64,000 nucleotides of DNA from Opitutales bacterium (GTDB lineage Bacteria; Verrucomicrobiota; Verrucomicrobiia; Opitutales; UBA2987): the NCBI GenBank assembly GCA_021772515.1, contig JAJFLU010000048.1:73224-137223 (forward strand), given 5' to 3'. Below are positions 26,136-35,777 of the stretch, in pieces. How positions within the stretch are numbered: position 1 is the stretch's first letter; the number at the start of each line of letters is the position of its first letter. The notes under the pieces are model-generated. The model worked only from the letters and a program-made list of their open reading frames with translations, was not told the origin of the DNA and ran no database searches. The translations under genes were made by a program, and so were the position numbers.

Positions 26136-27422
26136 TCACTGTTTCCCGGTCGTTGAAAAAAGCTGGTATGCCATGAATGCCACCACAATATCTCCGGCTC
26201 CGGCAATGACCAGCGTTGAACGAAGCCCAAGAAATTCGCCGCAAAGCCCGCCGCAAATAAGCCCCAATAAACCCAAAGTTGAGGGCAAAACATTGAAGAT
26301 AGACGCGATTCCCCCAAGGAATTCGGCGGGACTATCGGTTTGCAGTTTTGTAGTCATATTTATGTAAACTGCAGTCCCCGCCGCATCGCCGAAAATTTGA
26401 TGAGCGAGGAAAATTGCAATTACAATAAATAACGATCCGTGGGCAGTTGAAAGGGAAATTACAAAACTTGCGTTGAGAGCGATCCCCCAACTGACTGCCC
26501 GAGTAAATCCCAATCGTCTCGTTATCCTACCGACCAGGGTGGCTCCGACGATGGAACCGATCCCGCCACTTCCAATCAGAAGACCCAGGAACAGGGGGTT
26601 CAGTCCTGCTTCCTTGAGGGCAATCAAATAATAAGTGGCGCCCACCATTCCGCCGAAGAAGGCAAGACCCGTTTGCACCATGAGCATGTGCCGCAGTTGG
26701 GCTCTCTCCCAAACGGTGAAAACCCCCAGTTTGAAATCTTTCCAGAAAGTAGGTTTTACATTATGGATTACCGGTTTTGGAGGATACTCTTTTTCCTTAA
26801 TCGATGCCAATGTGACGGCAGAGACAAGAAACGAAAGCCCATCTATGAGGATGGCCACTGGCGCTGTAAACGCTTGAACCAATATTCCCGCCATTGAAGC
26901 TCCCCCGACCTCGGAAAGAGCGCCGCTCATCTCGAGTTTGGAGTTTCCTTCCAGTAAATCCTTCTTTTTGAGGATGGTCGGCAAGAGCGATTGATCCGCG
27001 ACTTTTGAAACCACAGCGAAACAAGCGGCGAGAAACGCGATCAGAACAAGATGCGCCATTGAAAGCGACTCCAGATAAGCAGCGACAGGTATGGTAATGA
27101 TCAAAATCGCCTGAGCGATATCACAGGTTATCAAAATCGGCTTGCGCCGCATCCGGTCGACAAAAACACCCGCCAGAAATCCGATTGTGAGAGGCGCAAT
27201 GGCGGCAGCGGCCATGAGGGCGGAGATTTCAATCGGACTAGCGTCGAGCACCAGGATGGCCGCCATCGGAAGCGCATCCCTTGTCACGACCGAGCCAAAG
27301 AGGGAGATTGTCTGAGCGGCCCAGAATTTCAAGAAATCAGCGTTTTTCCAGATGCTGGCGGTATTTTGATCGAGGTGTTTCACAAAAATTGTTCTAGCTT
27401 CATTTTGGATTTCAACTTTCAA
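26136..27422 (-). CDS. MFS transporter
   Basis: 428 aa with ~12 predicted TMs. MFS loop motif GVFVDRMRRKP between TM2 and TM3. Confidence 0.8.
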   Translation of the reverse strand: MKVEIQNEARTIFVKHLDQNTASIWKNADFLKFWAAQTISLFGSVVTRDALPMAAILVLDASPIEISALMAAAAIAPLTIGFLAGVFVDRMRRKPILITCDIAQAILIITIPVAAYLESLSMAHLVLIAFLAACFAVVSKVADQSLLPTILKKKDLLEGNSKLEMSGALSEVGGASMAGILVQAFTAPVAILIDGLSFLVSAVTLASIKEKEYPPKPVIHNVKPTFWKDFKLGVFTVWERAQLRHMLMVQTGLAFFGGMVGATYYLIALKEAGLNPLFLGLLIGSGGIGSIVGATLVGRITRRLGFTRAVSWGIALNASFVISLSTAHGSLFIVIAIFLAHQIFGDAAGTAVYINMTTKLQTDSPAEFLGGIASIFNVLPSTLGLLGLICGGLCGEFLGLRSTLVIAGAGDIVVAFMAYQLFSTTGKQ

Positions 27423-27620
27423 GAGGGAGCTTAATCAAACGAAATCGAATCGGGAGAGGAGAAATATAGATAGAGGCTGTCCCAAAAATATTATCCAAAT
27501 AACTTTAAAGTATTTGAATCCAAATTCTTTCCAATGGACGTCATACGCTTATACGGATTTCACCTATGAAAAAGATAACCACTATTGTCTAACAATATCT
27601 GAAACTGAGGCGGTGATCAA

Positions 27621-28970
27621 TTGAACATAGCAATAGTGGGAGGCGGTCCGAGCGGGTTGACAGTTGCGTTACTACTTACCAAGCTTGGGCACAAAGTCAC
27701 GATCTTTGAAAAATCAGAAGAAGTTGGTGGTTTATGGTCATCCAAGATGGACACGGATGGATTTTTCGAAAGCGAGAACTCCTGTAAGGTCTTTCAGTCA
27801 TCATATTCAACATCTCCGGCCCTCCTCAAGTTAATAGGCACAAAGTGGGAATCCCACTTCATACCACGCCACAACCTGAGGCAAGAGTGGTTGCGGCCGT
27901 TTCTGGCCAATTGCTCGACTTCCGATCGAATAAAACTTCTATCTGCCTTTCTTCTCAATATCAGCCACCTTAAATCATATCGAACAGAATCTGTTTATGA
28001 ATTCCTGGACAAACATAATTTCAGTGAACCCTTTCGGGAATGGATGAGAGCAACTGCCCTGGGTGGCATAACGGGAACAATGCAGATGACAATGTGGGAA
28101 TTGTTTCATCGGTTTCGGCACAATCTCTCATCGATATTTTTCAACAGATCAGATCAATTATACTGGAATGCAGAGCCACCAAATTCTCCTTCCGGTTTCA
28201 TTACCAAGTGGCATGAAGCGTTGGAAGGGCACGGTGTACAGATTATTACCAATTGTGAAGTTAATGCAATTTCGCAATCAGGCAACGGCAACGGCGCTGA
28301 GCATTCTATTATCATTAACACTTCCGATGGCTCCCGTCATGAAGCCGAGGCTGTTTTTTTATCGGTTCCACCACCGGCTCTGTCCCGGCTTCTCCGTAAA
28401 AGTCATCCCTCGATTGCTCAGGGATGGGGGCATCCAGTTGAAAAGCTGTGGAATGTATTGGAAGAGTCCGTATATGAGCATGTTGGCATCTCCTGGTCAT
28501 TTGATCAGGCATTTCAAAATGATTTGCCATTGGGTGGACACGGAGTTCGCCGTGGCTGGTATCCCATCCTCGTCCAATTTTCTCAGTACGGTAACTACTT
28601 GCGCCCTCCGTCCAAAACGATAGTGATTGGTTCTGTAAGTCTTAAAACTGATTTTAAACACAATCGTATAGGGACTCTAGCTCGTAGTCATGATCCTCAT
28701 GAACTTGCGAGAATAATCTGGGCTGATGAAAAACTTGCCGACCCGACTTTGCCAGATCCAGTATCCGTGAAAATTTATGGAAATTCTTCGGCTAGTCAGA
28801 TAGTGAGGTTTGGCCCACTCCCAGTAAAAAATGCGCATTTACCGATTTATCTCGCTACGAATATAAACGGGAAGTCTCCATATTTCACTGCTTCTTTAGA
28901 GTCTGCAATCCAAGCGGGAAATGCTGCTGCCCGGGCCTTCGACAAGAGGGTCCTTCAATTACCGACATAG
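27621..28970 (+). CDS. FAD/NAD(P)-binding oxidoreductase (amine-oxidase / phytoene-desaturase-like)
   Basis: 449 aa from a TTG start. Dinucleotide-binding fold IAIVGGGPSGLTVALLLTKLGHKVTIFEKSEEVGGLW. AT-richer than the core. Confidence 0.7.
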   Translation: MNIAIVGGGPSGLTVALLLTKLGHKVTIFEKSEEVGGLWSSKMDTDGFFESENSCKVFQSSYSTSPALLKLIGTKWESHFIPRHNLRQEWLRPFLANCSTSDRIKLLSAFLLNISHLKSYRTESVYEFLDKHNFSEPFREWMRATALGGITGTMQMTMWELFHRFRHNLSSIFFNRSDQLYWNAEPPNSPSGFITKWHEALEGHGVQIITNCEVNAISQSGNGNGAEHSIIINTSDGSRHEAEAVFLSVPPPALSRLLRKSHPSIAQGWGHPVEKLWNVLEESVYEHVGISWSFDQAFQNDLPLGGHGVRRGWYPILVQFSQYGNYLRPPSKTIVIGSVSLKTDFKHNRIGTLARSHDPHELARIIWADEKLADPTLPDPVSVKIYGNSSASQIVRFGPLPVKNAHLPIYLATNINGKSPYFTASLESAIQAGNAAARAFDKRVLQLPT

Positions 28971-29254
28971 AAAAGGTGCCAATCCCTATGCGAACTGCTT
29001 AAAAAAGGCTCTTGCGGGTCAAACCTTGCTATTCGGGTGAAGTCCAGCCTACAGCCGCCGACCCTACCCATAAGTCTTTGATAATTAGGCCGCGGTATCC
29101 CTATTTCTCGATAGTTTATGAAATTTCAACCGTCATTGGAAGGATCTGTGAAGATTTTTCAGTGGCAACTTACAGGAGGTCAAAAGCCAAGGGTTGGGAA
29201 AAACTATCGGGGAGTCGTATTATGTGTTGGCAATGGCAACGTGAATAAGGCACT

Positions 29255-29650
29255 TTGGGGATCGTTGTGAATGTTAAACCACAGTTACTTTGTTGGATGA
29301 TGTGCGATGGTGTCCATATTGACCCTTCGACGGGCAAGCATTATATCCTGGGCACTTTCTCGAATATTCGTGTTCGCAATTTCCCGGCGAGGCATCCGCG
29401 CATGGTCTGGTTTCTCACTATTTCGGATGTATCAATAGGCAAGCACCTGTTAAAAATATCCCTTGGGATTCCAACCGAAGAGCAGAAAGTCATCGTGCAG
29501 CGGCCTTTTGAGTCAAAAAGCCCCACCCACAGGATCAACCTGATCAACGACATACAGAACCTTGGTTTTGAAAAGCCGGGTGATTACAGTGTGGTAATTG
29601 AAGTTGACGATGATCCGCTGACAGTTACAACTTTGACCGTTTCTAATTAA
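29255..29650 (+). CDS. Hypothetical small protein (no family assigned with confidence)
   Basis: 131-aa ORF from TTG (alternative GTG 29267 or ATG 29297). No recognisable catalytic motif. Confidence 0.45.
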   Translation: MGIVVNVKPQLLCWMMCDGVHIDPSTGKHYILGTFSNIRVRNFPARHPRMVWFLTISDVSIGKHLLKISLGIPTEEQKVIVQRPFESKSPTHRINLINDIQNLGFEKPGDYSVVIEVDDDPLTVTTLTVSN

Positions 29651-29683
29651 GGCTTAAGAACCGTTACCGATAAGTGGAATCCT

Positions 29684-30643
29684 ATGCCCGTATCCAAAAT
29701 AGCAGAAAAACTGATCGTACAAAATCGATCCAATGTTGCCGCTCCCGTGCTCGTGGTCGGTTCGGTGGCCTTTGATAAAATCATTACGCCCGTAATGACG
29801 GGGGAGCGCATCCTCGGTGGAGCGGCCTCGTTTGCGAGTCTGGCGGCCAGCTATTTTGCTCCGGTTCGTCTGGTGGGAGTGGTTGGAAACGATTTCGAAG
29901 ATTCATTTATTGAGCGATTCCGCAATCGGGGGATCGACCTTGAGGGTTTGCAGGTGGACAAATCCGGCCCCACATTTTTCTGGGCGGGAGAGTATCACGA
30001 AAATTTCAATAACAGGGAAACCCTTGATACACAGCTAAATGTGTTCGAGCATTTTCGCCCGGAGCTGCCCGAGCGCTACCGCCAGAGTCCGTACATCATG
30101 CTCGCCAATATCGGCCCCGATTTGCAGCTCCATGTACTCGACCAACTTGAGGGCAGTTCTTTTGTGGTGGCCGATACGATGAATTTATGGATCAACAACA
30201 AGCTCAATGATTTGCTGAAATTGCTCAAGCGGATCGATTGCCTGGCCATAAACGACAGCGAAGCCATTATGCTGACCGGAGATCATAACCTCATTTCGGC
30301 GGGCTGGAAACTGCTCGAACTTGGCCCTCGCATGGCCATTATCAAGAAAGGTGAGAACGGTTCATGTCTCTTTCATCGGGATGGATATTTTGCCCTGCCG
30401 GCCTACCCGGTGACCAATCTACAGGACCCCACCGGGGCCGGAGACGCCTTTGGGGGCGCGCTCGCGGGTTATCTGGCAGCGGTCAACGATACCGATTTCG
30501 GGTCCATAAAGCAGGCCATGCTATATGCTACGGCGGCCTCCAGCCTGACGGTCGAGGCGTTCAGTTGCGACCGACTGGAATCCGCCGGGCCGGGCCTTCT
30601 GGAGGAGCGGTATCACGAGCTTCTCGAAGTTATCACTCCCTGA
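29684..30643 (+). CDS. PfkB-family carbohydrate kinase
   Basis: 319 aa. C-terminal signature [17 protein letters not shown]. Confidence 0.85.
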   Translation: MPVSKIAEKLIVQNRSNVAAPVLVVGSVAFDKIITPVMTGERILGGAASFASLAASYFAPVRLVGVVGNDFEDSFIERFRNRGIDLEGLQVDKSGPTFFWAGEYHENFNNRETLDTQLNVFEHFRPELPERYRQSPYIMLANIGPDLQLHVLDQLEGSSFVVADTMNLWINNKLNDLLKLLKRIDCLAINDSEAIMLTGDHNLISAGWKLLELGPRMAIIKKGENGSCLFHRDGYFALPAYPVTNLQDPTGAGDAFGGALAGYLAAVNDTDFGSIKQAMLYATAASSLTVEAFSCDRLESAGPGLLEERYHELLEVITP

Positions 30644-30681
30644 ATCGACGCCTTTCCAAAGGCTTGCACGACAAATTTACA

Positions 30682-31992
30682 ATGGCAGACCAAGGTTCCA
30701 TCAACACCCTCTCCGAAATAGGGTCCATCGATTCCATGGTCTTTTCCCTTGGGAAAAACGCGTGCGCGGCTTCTCGAAAGTTGGCCACGTTGAGTTCGCA
30801 GATCAAAAACGATGTTTTATCGACGCTGGCCGATCTGATCGAGAATCGGGTGGATTCGCTCATCGAGGAAAATCGCAAGGATCTCTATAGTGGCCGCGAG
30901 GCGGGGCTTTCAGGGGCTTTACTGGATCGCCTGACTTTCACACCGGAGAGAATCGCGGGAATGGCCGAGGGTGTCCGGCAGGTGGCCGCACTTCCCGATC
31001 CGGTGGGAGAGGAAATCGAGCAAATTACCCGCCCGAATGGCTTGGATATTCGCAAGGTCAGGGTTCCGATGGGCGTAATTGGAATTATTTACGAATCCCG
31101 ACCCGATGTGACAATCGATTGCGCGGCGCTGTGTTTTAAAAGTGGCAATGCCTGCATTTTGCGCGGCGGTAAGGAAGCCTTTCACACCAATACGGCGCTG
31201 GCTGCGCTGATTGGCGAGGCCCTCAGTTTGCATGAAATACCCGCCACGGCTGTGCAGTTGATCCCGACAACGGATCGGGCGGCGCTCAATGCACTGCTCA
31301 AGCTCGATGAATATGTGCACTGCATCATTCCACGGGGGGGCGAGGGGCTCATTCGGTTTGTCGTGGAAAATTCGCTAATACCCGTAATCAAGCATTACAA
31401 GGGTGTCTGCTGTCTTTATCTGGATAAAGATGCCGATCCCGAAATGGCGGTGGAGATCGCTCTCAACGCCAAAATTCAAAGGCCGAGTGTCTGTAACGCG
31501 ATTGAAAACCTGTTTGTCCATGTCGATGCCGCGGGGCATTTGCTTCCACGGGTGGCGCGGGCCATGATTGACAACGGTGTCGAGTTGCGGACCGACAGCG
31601 CGAGCGAAGGTTTTCTTTTGGGGGTCAAGGGGATGTCTTTCAACGCTTTGACCGAGGAAGATTTATATGAAGAGTATCTCGACTTGATCCTCGCCGTGAA
31701 GGTGGTCTCGGATATCGAAGAAGCCATCAAGGCGGTCAATGCCTATGGATCGAGCCACAGTGACGGGATTGTGACCAATGACGAGGAAGCGGCCCGAAAG
31801 TTTTTAAACGAAGTCGATTCGGCCACCGTATTCTGGAATGCGAGCACCCGGTTCAACGACGGGTTTGAATTTGGTCTGGGAGCGGAAATCGGGATTTCGA
31901 CCGACCGGCTGCACGCTCGCGGGCCCATGGGTCTGCGAGAGCTGACGACCTATAAATACCAGATTTTTGGTAGTGGCCAAATCAAACAATAA
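30682..31992 (+). CDS. proA: Glutamate-5-semialdehyde dehydrogenase (gamma-glutamyl phosphate reductase)
   Basis: 436 aa from ATG 30682 (MADQGSI...). ProA-typical blocks ...NRKDL...[11 protein letters not shown]..., [30 protein letters not shown]. The track ORF start 30364 is an out-of-context extension overlapping the kinase gene. Confidence 0.9.
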   Translation: MADQGSINTLSEIGSIDSMVFSLGKNACAASRKLATLSSQIKNDVLSTLADLIENRVDSLIEENRKDLYSGREAGLSGALLDRLTFTPERIAGMAEGVRQVAALPDPVGEEIEQITRPNGLDIRKVRVPMGVIGIIYESRPDVTIDCAALCFKSGNACILRGGKEAFHTNTALAALIGEALSLHEIPATAVQLIPTTDRAALNALLKLDEYVHCIIPRGGEGLIRFVVENSLIPVIKHYKGVCCLYLDKDADPEMAVEIALNAKIQRPSVCNAIENLFVHVDAAGHLLPRVARAMIDNGVELRTDSASEGFLLGVKGMSFNALTEEDLYEEYLDLILAVKVVSDIEEAIKAVNAYGSSHSDGIVTNDEEAARKFLNEVDSATVFWNASTRFNDGFEFGLGAEIGISTDRLHARGPMGLRELTTYKYQIFGSGQIKQ

Positions 31993-32019
31993 TCAATTTT
32001 AACCCTAGTAGCGCTTACG

Positions 32020-32718
32020 ATGTCGGGAACCCTCCGAGCTTTTCTGATACTCATTGCAAGCCTGTCTTTGCCTGCCCTGTTCTGTCATGAAGGGGGTTCC
32101 CTGCAAGCTCAGGAGGAAAGCCCCGAAGAGCGGTTTAAAGGAGAGTGGCTGGTCAGCACCACGGGCCAGGAGCCCACTTCGATATTTGTTTTTGGGGATG
32201 ACGGGAAGATTACCAACACGGTCAACAATGCGGTGGGAACCTATGAAATTTTACCCGGCGGGCGATTTTTAATAGTTCTCGATGACACCCTGATTCTGGG
32301 AAAATATACTTTTGCCGAGGATCAAATATTGTTGGAAAGTTCAATGGCGTCCCCCGTGCAGCAGATAGATATTACCCTCACACAGGCAACAACCGACCAA
32401 AAAAACGCGGCTGCCGAGCGTTACAATCGCTTCGTATCTTCCTACGGTGACTCCAAGGATAAAGTGCGGCCCACCGGCAACGAAAAATTGATTTTGAACA
32501 ATCTGAGACAGTTGGCGGTGGCGGGGCAGTATCATATCCGTGAGAAGGATTTGTCCAAAGTTGGCTTTAGTGAACTGGTCGGCCCCGAAAAAGGAAAATA
32601 CATTCCAAGCATGGAAGCGGTCGCCGGGGAAAGCTACGAAGAACTGGAAATTTTCACCGATACGACGCGGCTGAGCGTGACGACAAAAGACGGCCAAATC
32701 ATCAACTACGATTTTTAG
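32020..32718 (+). CDS. Hypothetical secreted protein
   Basis: 232-aa ORF with signal peptide (AFLILIASLSLPALFC). No recognisable domain. Confidence 0.55.
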   Translation: MSGTLRAFLILIASLSLPALFCHEGGSLQAQEESPEERFKGEWLVSTTGQEPTSIFVFGDDGKITNTVNNAVGTYEILPGGRFLIVLDDTLILGKYTFAEDQILLESSMASPVQQIDITLTQATTDQKNAAAERYNRFVSSYGDSKDKVRPTGNEKLILNNLRQLAVAGQYHIREKDLSKVGFSELVGPEKGKYIPSMEAVAGESYEELEIFTDTTRLSVTTKDGQIINYDF

Positions 32719-32730
32719 CGGGGTTACTGC

Positions 32731-34656
32731 CTAGAGGTTTTCTGCGATGAAAGAGGCGATCCGATTGTAACGATCGGCGATGGTCATTTTATCGAGGGGG
32801 TCGACCGATTCTGTAGTTTCCTCGAAAACCTCGTAGGGCTTACCGGCATTTTCCAGAGCCTCGGCAAACAGGCGGGTCTGAGTGTCTTCGGTCAGGCTCT
32901 TCCCTGTTCTTGGGATGAGCAAAATGGGGCCTCCCGCCCGCCCGGCATGGTGGACGGGAGAGATTTCCTGAAACAGGCCATTTTCTTCGGGATTTTCCCC
33001 AAACCAATTTCGGCTGAGAGGTCTTCCCTGTTCTATTTCAGGAATATCGCCGGATTTCAAAAATTCCGCCCAATCGGAAATACCACCGACTGTAATGGCG
33101 CATTTAAAGAGATGGGGAGTGAAAACCATTCCGGAAATGGCCAGGTAGCCCCCGAAGCCTTGACCAAAAATGGCGACCCTCGCAGGATCGGCCACTTTTT
33201 CATCGATTGCCCATAAAACGGCATCGGTGATGTCGTTTTGCATCTCCTTGCCAATTTGGGCGAAGGCAGCCGTAAAAAATTCCTTCCCGTAACCGGTAGA
33301 TCCCCGGTAATTGACCTGGAGAACCGCATAGCCGCGATTGGCGAGATATTGCACCTCGGGATCGAATCCCCATTTATCTCTCGTGAAAGGCCCCCCGTGG
33401 GGTTTTATGACCAGAGGTAAGTTGTCTTTGCCCCCTTTTGGAAGAGTCAGGTAACCATGAAGTGTGTGCCCGTCCCGCGAGGGAAACTGGACGGGTTTCA
33501 TGGGGAGCATTTTCTCGGGATCAATCGAAGGATTTCTGGAGAACAGCCATCGCAATCTCCTCTTGGGTTGGTCCAAAATATAGTAATTGCCCGGATCGCG
33601 GTCGCTGTAGGCAAATATAAGAAACTTTTCTTCCCTGCGATCACGCCCCAGGATGACATTTTGGGTATTGGGAAATGACTCGTCCAGCATTTCCTGAATA
33701 TCCTCATAAAATGGCAGAAACCAACGCACTTGAGGGCCATTTCGCTCGTAGGAAAGACCCGCCAGAGACCGGAAACGATCCGAAAATATGAGGCCCTTGT
33801 ATTCACTTACTCCGTTCAGGTCGTAACCGGGCACAACATCGTATTCCGAATCCTTCCAGACGAGGCCGGAAAAATCTTTCGCATCGAGGTCGTACTTGTA
33901 AACGGCCATGAACTGGCGATCCATTCCAGTGGCCACATAAAGCAGGTTGTCATCATAGCCAAGTGATAGCGGGTAGGTATCCTCGGGAAGGGTCACATCA
34001 GTCCAGGGATCGCCGAGATTTTTCCTGTATCTGTAGTAGGTCTCATCGCCGTTATTGTGATTGAACACTTTAACCAGTCTCACGCGGTGTTCTCTGTCCA
34101 TCAGCCAGTAATCCACATCACCGGGATTGTCGAAATAAGTGCTGCGGGTTTTGGAGGTGACACCAATTTTATGAATATCGGCAAACTGCTTTTTGTAGGG
34201 GTGCATGACGACCAACACCTGGTTGGGGCGATCCGGCAAAGCGTTTACCAGTCTGGCTGGCTCTCGCAGGATTTTTTTATTTCGCTTTCTGCCATCCCGC
34301 CGGATGGCGGCCAGGCCCAACCCCCAATATTCCTTCTGTGAGACCTGATAAACCAGATAGTCCGGGCCCGCCCATGCGTAATCAAAAATTCTATCGATGT
34401 CTCCCTCTGTGAGGCTCCTGTATTTTATCTTGCCAATATCGTATGAAAACAGGTTTTGCCCGCCGTTCACGAGGTTGAGAAAGGCCAGATATTCGCCATC
34501 TGGTGAGAGGGTGACCTTTGTGTACTGGTTCCCGCTGAAAAAAGCCTCCGTCGGCAGGATTTCACCCTGGGCAACCGGCATCCAGGTCAGAACTGTCAGG
34601 CAAACCCCGACTACGACAAAAAAAAGCGGACGACTTTTGAAGTCTGAAAAAGACAT
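32731..34656 (-). CDS. S9 (prolyl oligopeptidase/DPP) family homologue, predicted catalytically inactive
   Basis: 641 aa. Signal peptide, beta-propeller-like N-terminal part, and a C-terminal alpha/beta-hydrolase part (YLANRGYAVLQVNYRGSTGYGKEF...). The nucleophile elbow reads GQGFGGY instead of GxSxGGY (Gly codon GGC at 33157-33159). No Asp or His in the expected C-terminal blocks. Confidence 0.75.
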   Translation of the reverse strand: MSFSDFKSRPLFFVVVGVCLTVLTWMPVAQGEILPTEAFFSGNQYTKVTLSPDGEYLAFLNLVNGGQNLFSYDIGKIKYRSLTEGDIDRIFDYAWAGPDYLVYQVSQKEYWGLGLAAIRRDGRKRNKKILREPARLVNALPDRPNQVLVVMHPYKKQFADIHKIGVTSKTRSTYFDNPGDVDYWLMDREHRVRLVKVFNHNNGDETYYRYRKNLGDPWTDVTLPEDTYPLSLGYDDNLLYVATGMDRQFMAVYKYDLDAKDFSGLVWKDSEYDVVPGYDLNGVSEYKGLIFSDRFRSLAGLSYERNGPQVRWFLPFYEDIQEMLDESFPNTQNVILGRDRREEKFLIFAYSDRDPGNYYILDQPKRRLRWLFSRNPSIDPEKMLPMKPVQFPSRDGHTLHGYLTLPKGGKDNLPLVIKPHGGPFTRDKWGFDPEVQYLANRGYAVLQVNYRGSTGYGKEFFTAAFAQIGKEMQNDITDAVLWAIDEKVADPARVAIFGQGFGGYLAISGMVFTPHLFKCAITVGGISDWAEFLKSGDIPEIEQGRPLSRNWFGENPEENGLFQEISPVHHAGRAGGPILLIPRTGKSLTEDTQTRLFAEALENAGKPYEVFEETTESVDPLDKMTIADRYNRIASFIAENL

Positions 34657-34813
34657 TGGCCCGACATTGCACCCGTTATTAAAAAAGGCAATAAATGAAC
34701 GAGGACTTCTCGAAAAATTAACATGATGCCGACTGTTGAGAGCTTCCGAAGAGAGGCAAGATCCGGCTTGGCAAGGCGGTTTATTCGGGTATCTTCAAGA
34801 CCAATCAAGCAGT

Positions 34814-35755
34814 ATGGATAAAGGAAAACAGAGAAATCCAAGAAATGGGAGCGCCCTCAGTGGAAGGATTGCGTGGTCGGATATTGACGAACGTTATTTG
34901 CGGCAGATCATTCTTTTGGCCAAGGAGGAGGATCTGGAGGGAGCCGGACTGGCCGCCCTCCCGAGCAACCCCGGTGATGCCACGACCCACGCCCTGGCGC
35001 CAGAAGGGGATGGTCAGGCGGCTCTGGCGGCCAGGGTCTCACTGGTCCCCTGTGGGCTCGATTTAATACCTCTCATACTCGATGTTTACGGAAAAGGGTG
35101 TTCGTGGAGTCCGCAGGCCAAAGATGGAATGCAAGTCAAGGCAGGCGCTTGTCTTGGGGTAGTTTCGGGGCCATCGGCAGTGCTATTGCAGGCAGAAAGG
35201 GTGATTCTTAACTTCATTCAACACCTGAGCGGAGTAGCAACCCAGACCGCTCGGTATGTGAAGGCTTTGGGCTGGTGTAAAACCAAACTTCTGGACACCC
35301 GAAAAACCACCCCGGGGTTCCGGGTTCTGGAGAAATACGCGGTGGCCTGCGGCGGCGGATGGAATCACCGAATCGGGTTGTTCGACCGGATAATGTTCAA
35401 GGACAACCATCTGGCTCTGGCTGGAGCAAAAGGGAGTGACCGCCTGGCTGAGGCTGTTAAAACGGCGCGCAATCGCTTCCCTGAATTGCCGATCGAAGTC
35501 GAAGTTGATTCCCTGGAGCAAATCCCCGCTGTTTTGGAAGCAGGGGTCGATGTCATTTTGCTGGATAATTTTTCCGATGCAGACCTCGCCGAAGGACAGG
35601 CGTTGATCGGGACCCGCGCCAGCACCGAAGCGAGCGGAGGAATCACGTTGGAGAGGCTACCGGCATTGGCTGGAATCGGCCTGGATTTTATATCCAGCGG
35701 AGCCCTTGTGCACCAGAGCGCATGGGTGGATCTCAGTTTTGATTGGCGCGAATAG
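34814..35755 (+). CDS. nadC: Nicotinate-nucleotide pyrophosphorylase (carboxylating) / quinolinate phosphoribosyltransferase
   Basis: LQAERVILNFIQHLSGVATQT...LLDTRKTTPGFRVLEKYAVACGGGWNHR...FKDNH...EVEVDSLEQ...ILLDNF. The start ATG 34814 is chosen by length; the track ORF starts at 34736. Confidence 0.88.
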   Translation: MDKGKQRNPRNGSALSGRIAWSDIDERYLRQIILLAKEEDLEGAGLAALPSNPGDATTHALAPEGDGQAALAARVSLVPCGLDLIPLILDVYGKGCSWSPQAKDGMQVKAGACLGVVSGPSAVLLQAERVILNFIQHLSGVATQTARYVKALGWCKTKLLDTRKTTPGFRVLEKYAVACGGGWNHRIGLFDRIMFKDNHLALAGAKGSDRLAEAVKTARNRFPELPIEVEVDSLEQIPAVLEAGVDVILLDNFSDADLAEGQALIGTRASTEASGGITLERLPALAGIGLDFISSGALVHQSAWVDLSFDWRE

Positions 35756-35777
35756 GCACTTTGAATACCAATTCTTC

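Noticed and set aside
30364-30681. Long N-terminal extension of the proA ORF (542-aa track ORF)
   Set aside because: The extension overlaps the 3' third of the PfkB kinase gene in another frame and is Arg/Gly-rich with low complexity. ProA homology begins at MADQGS (ATG 30682), which gives the normal ~436 aa.
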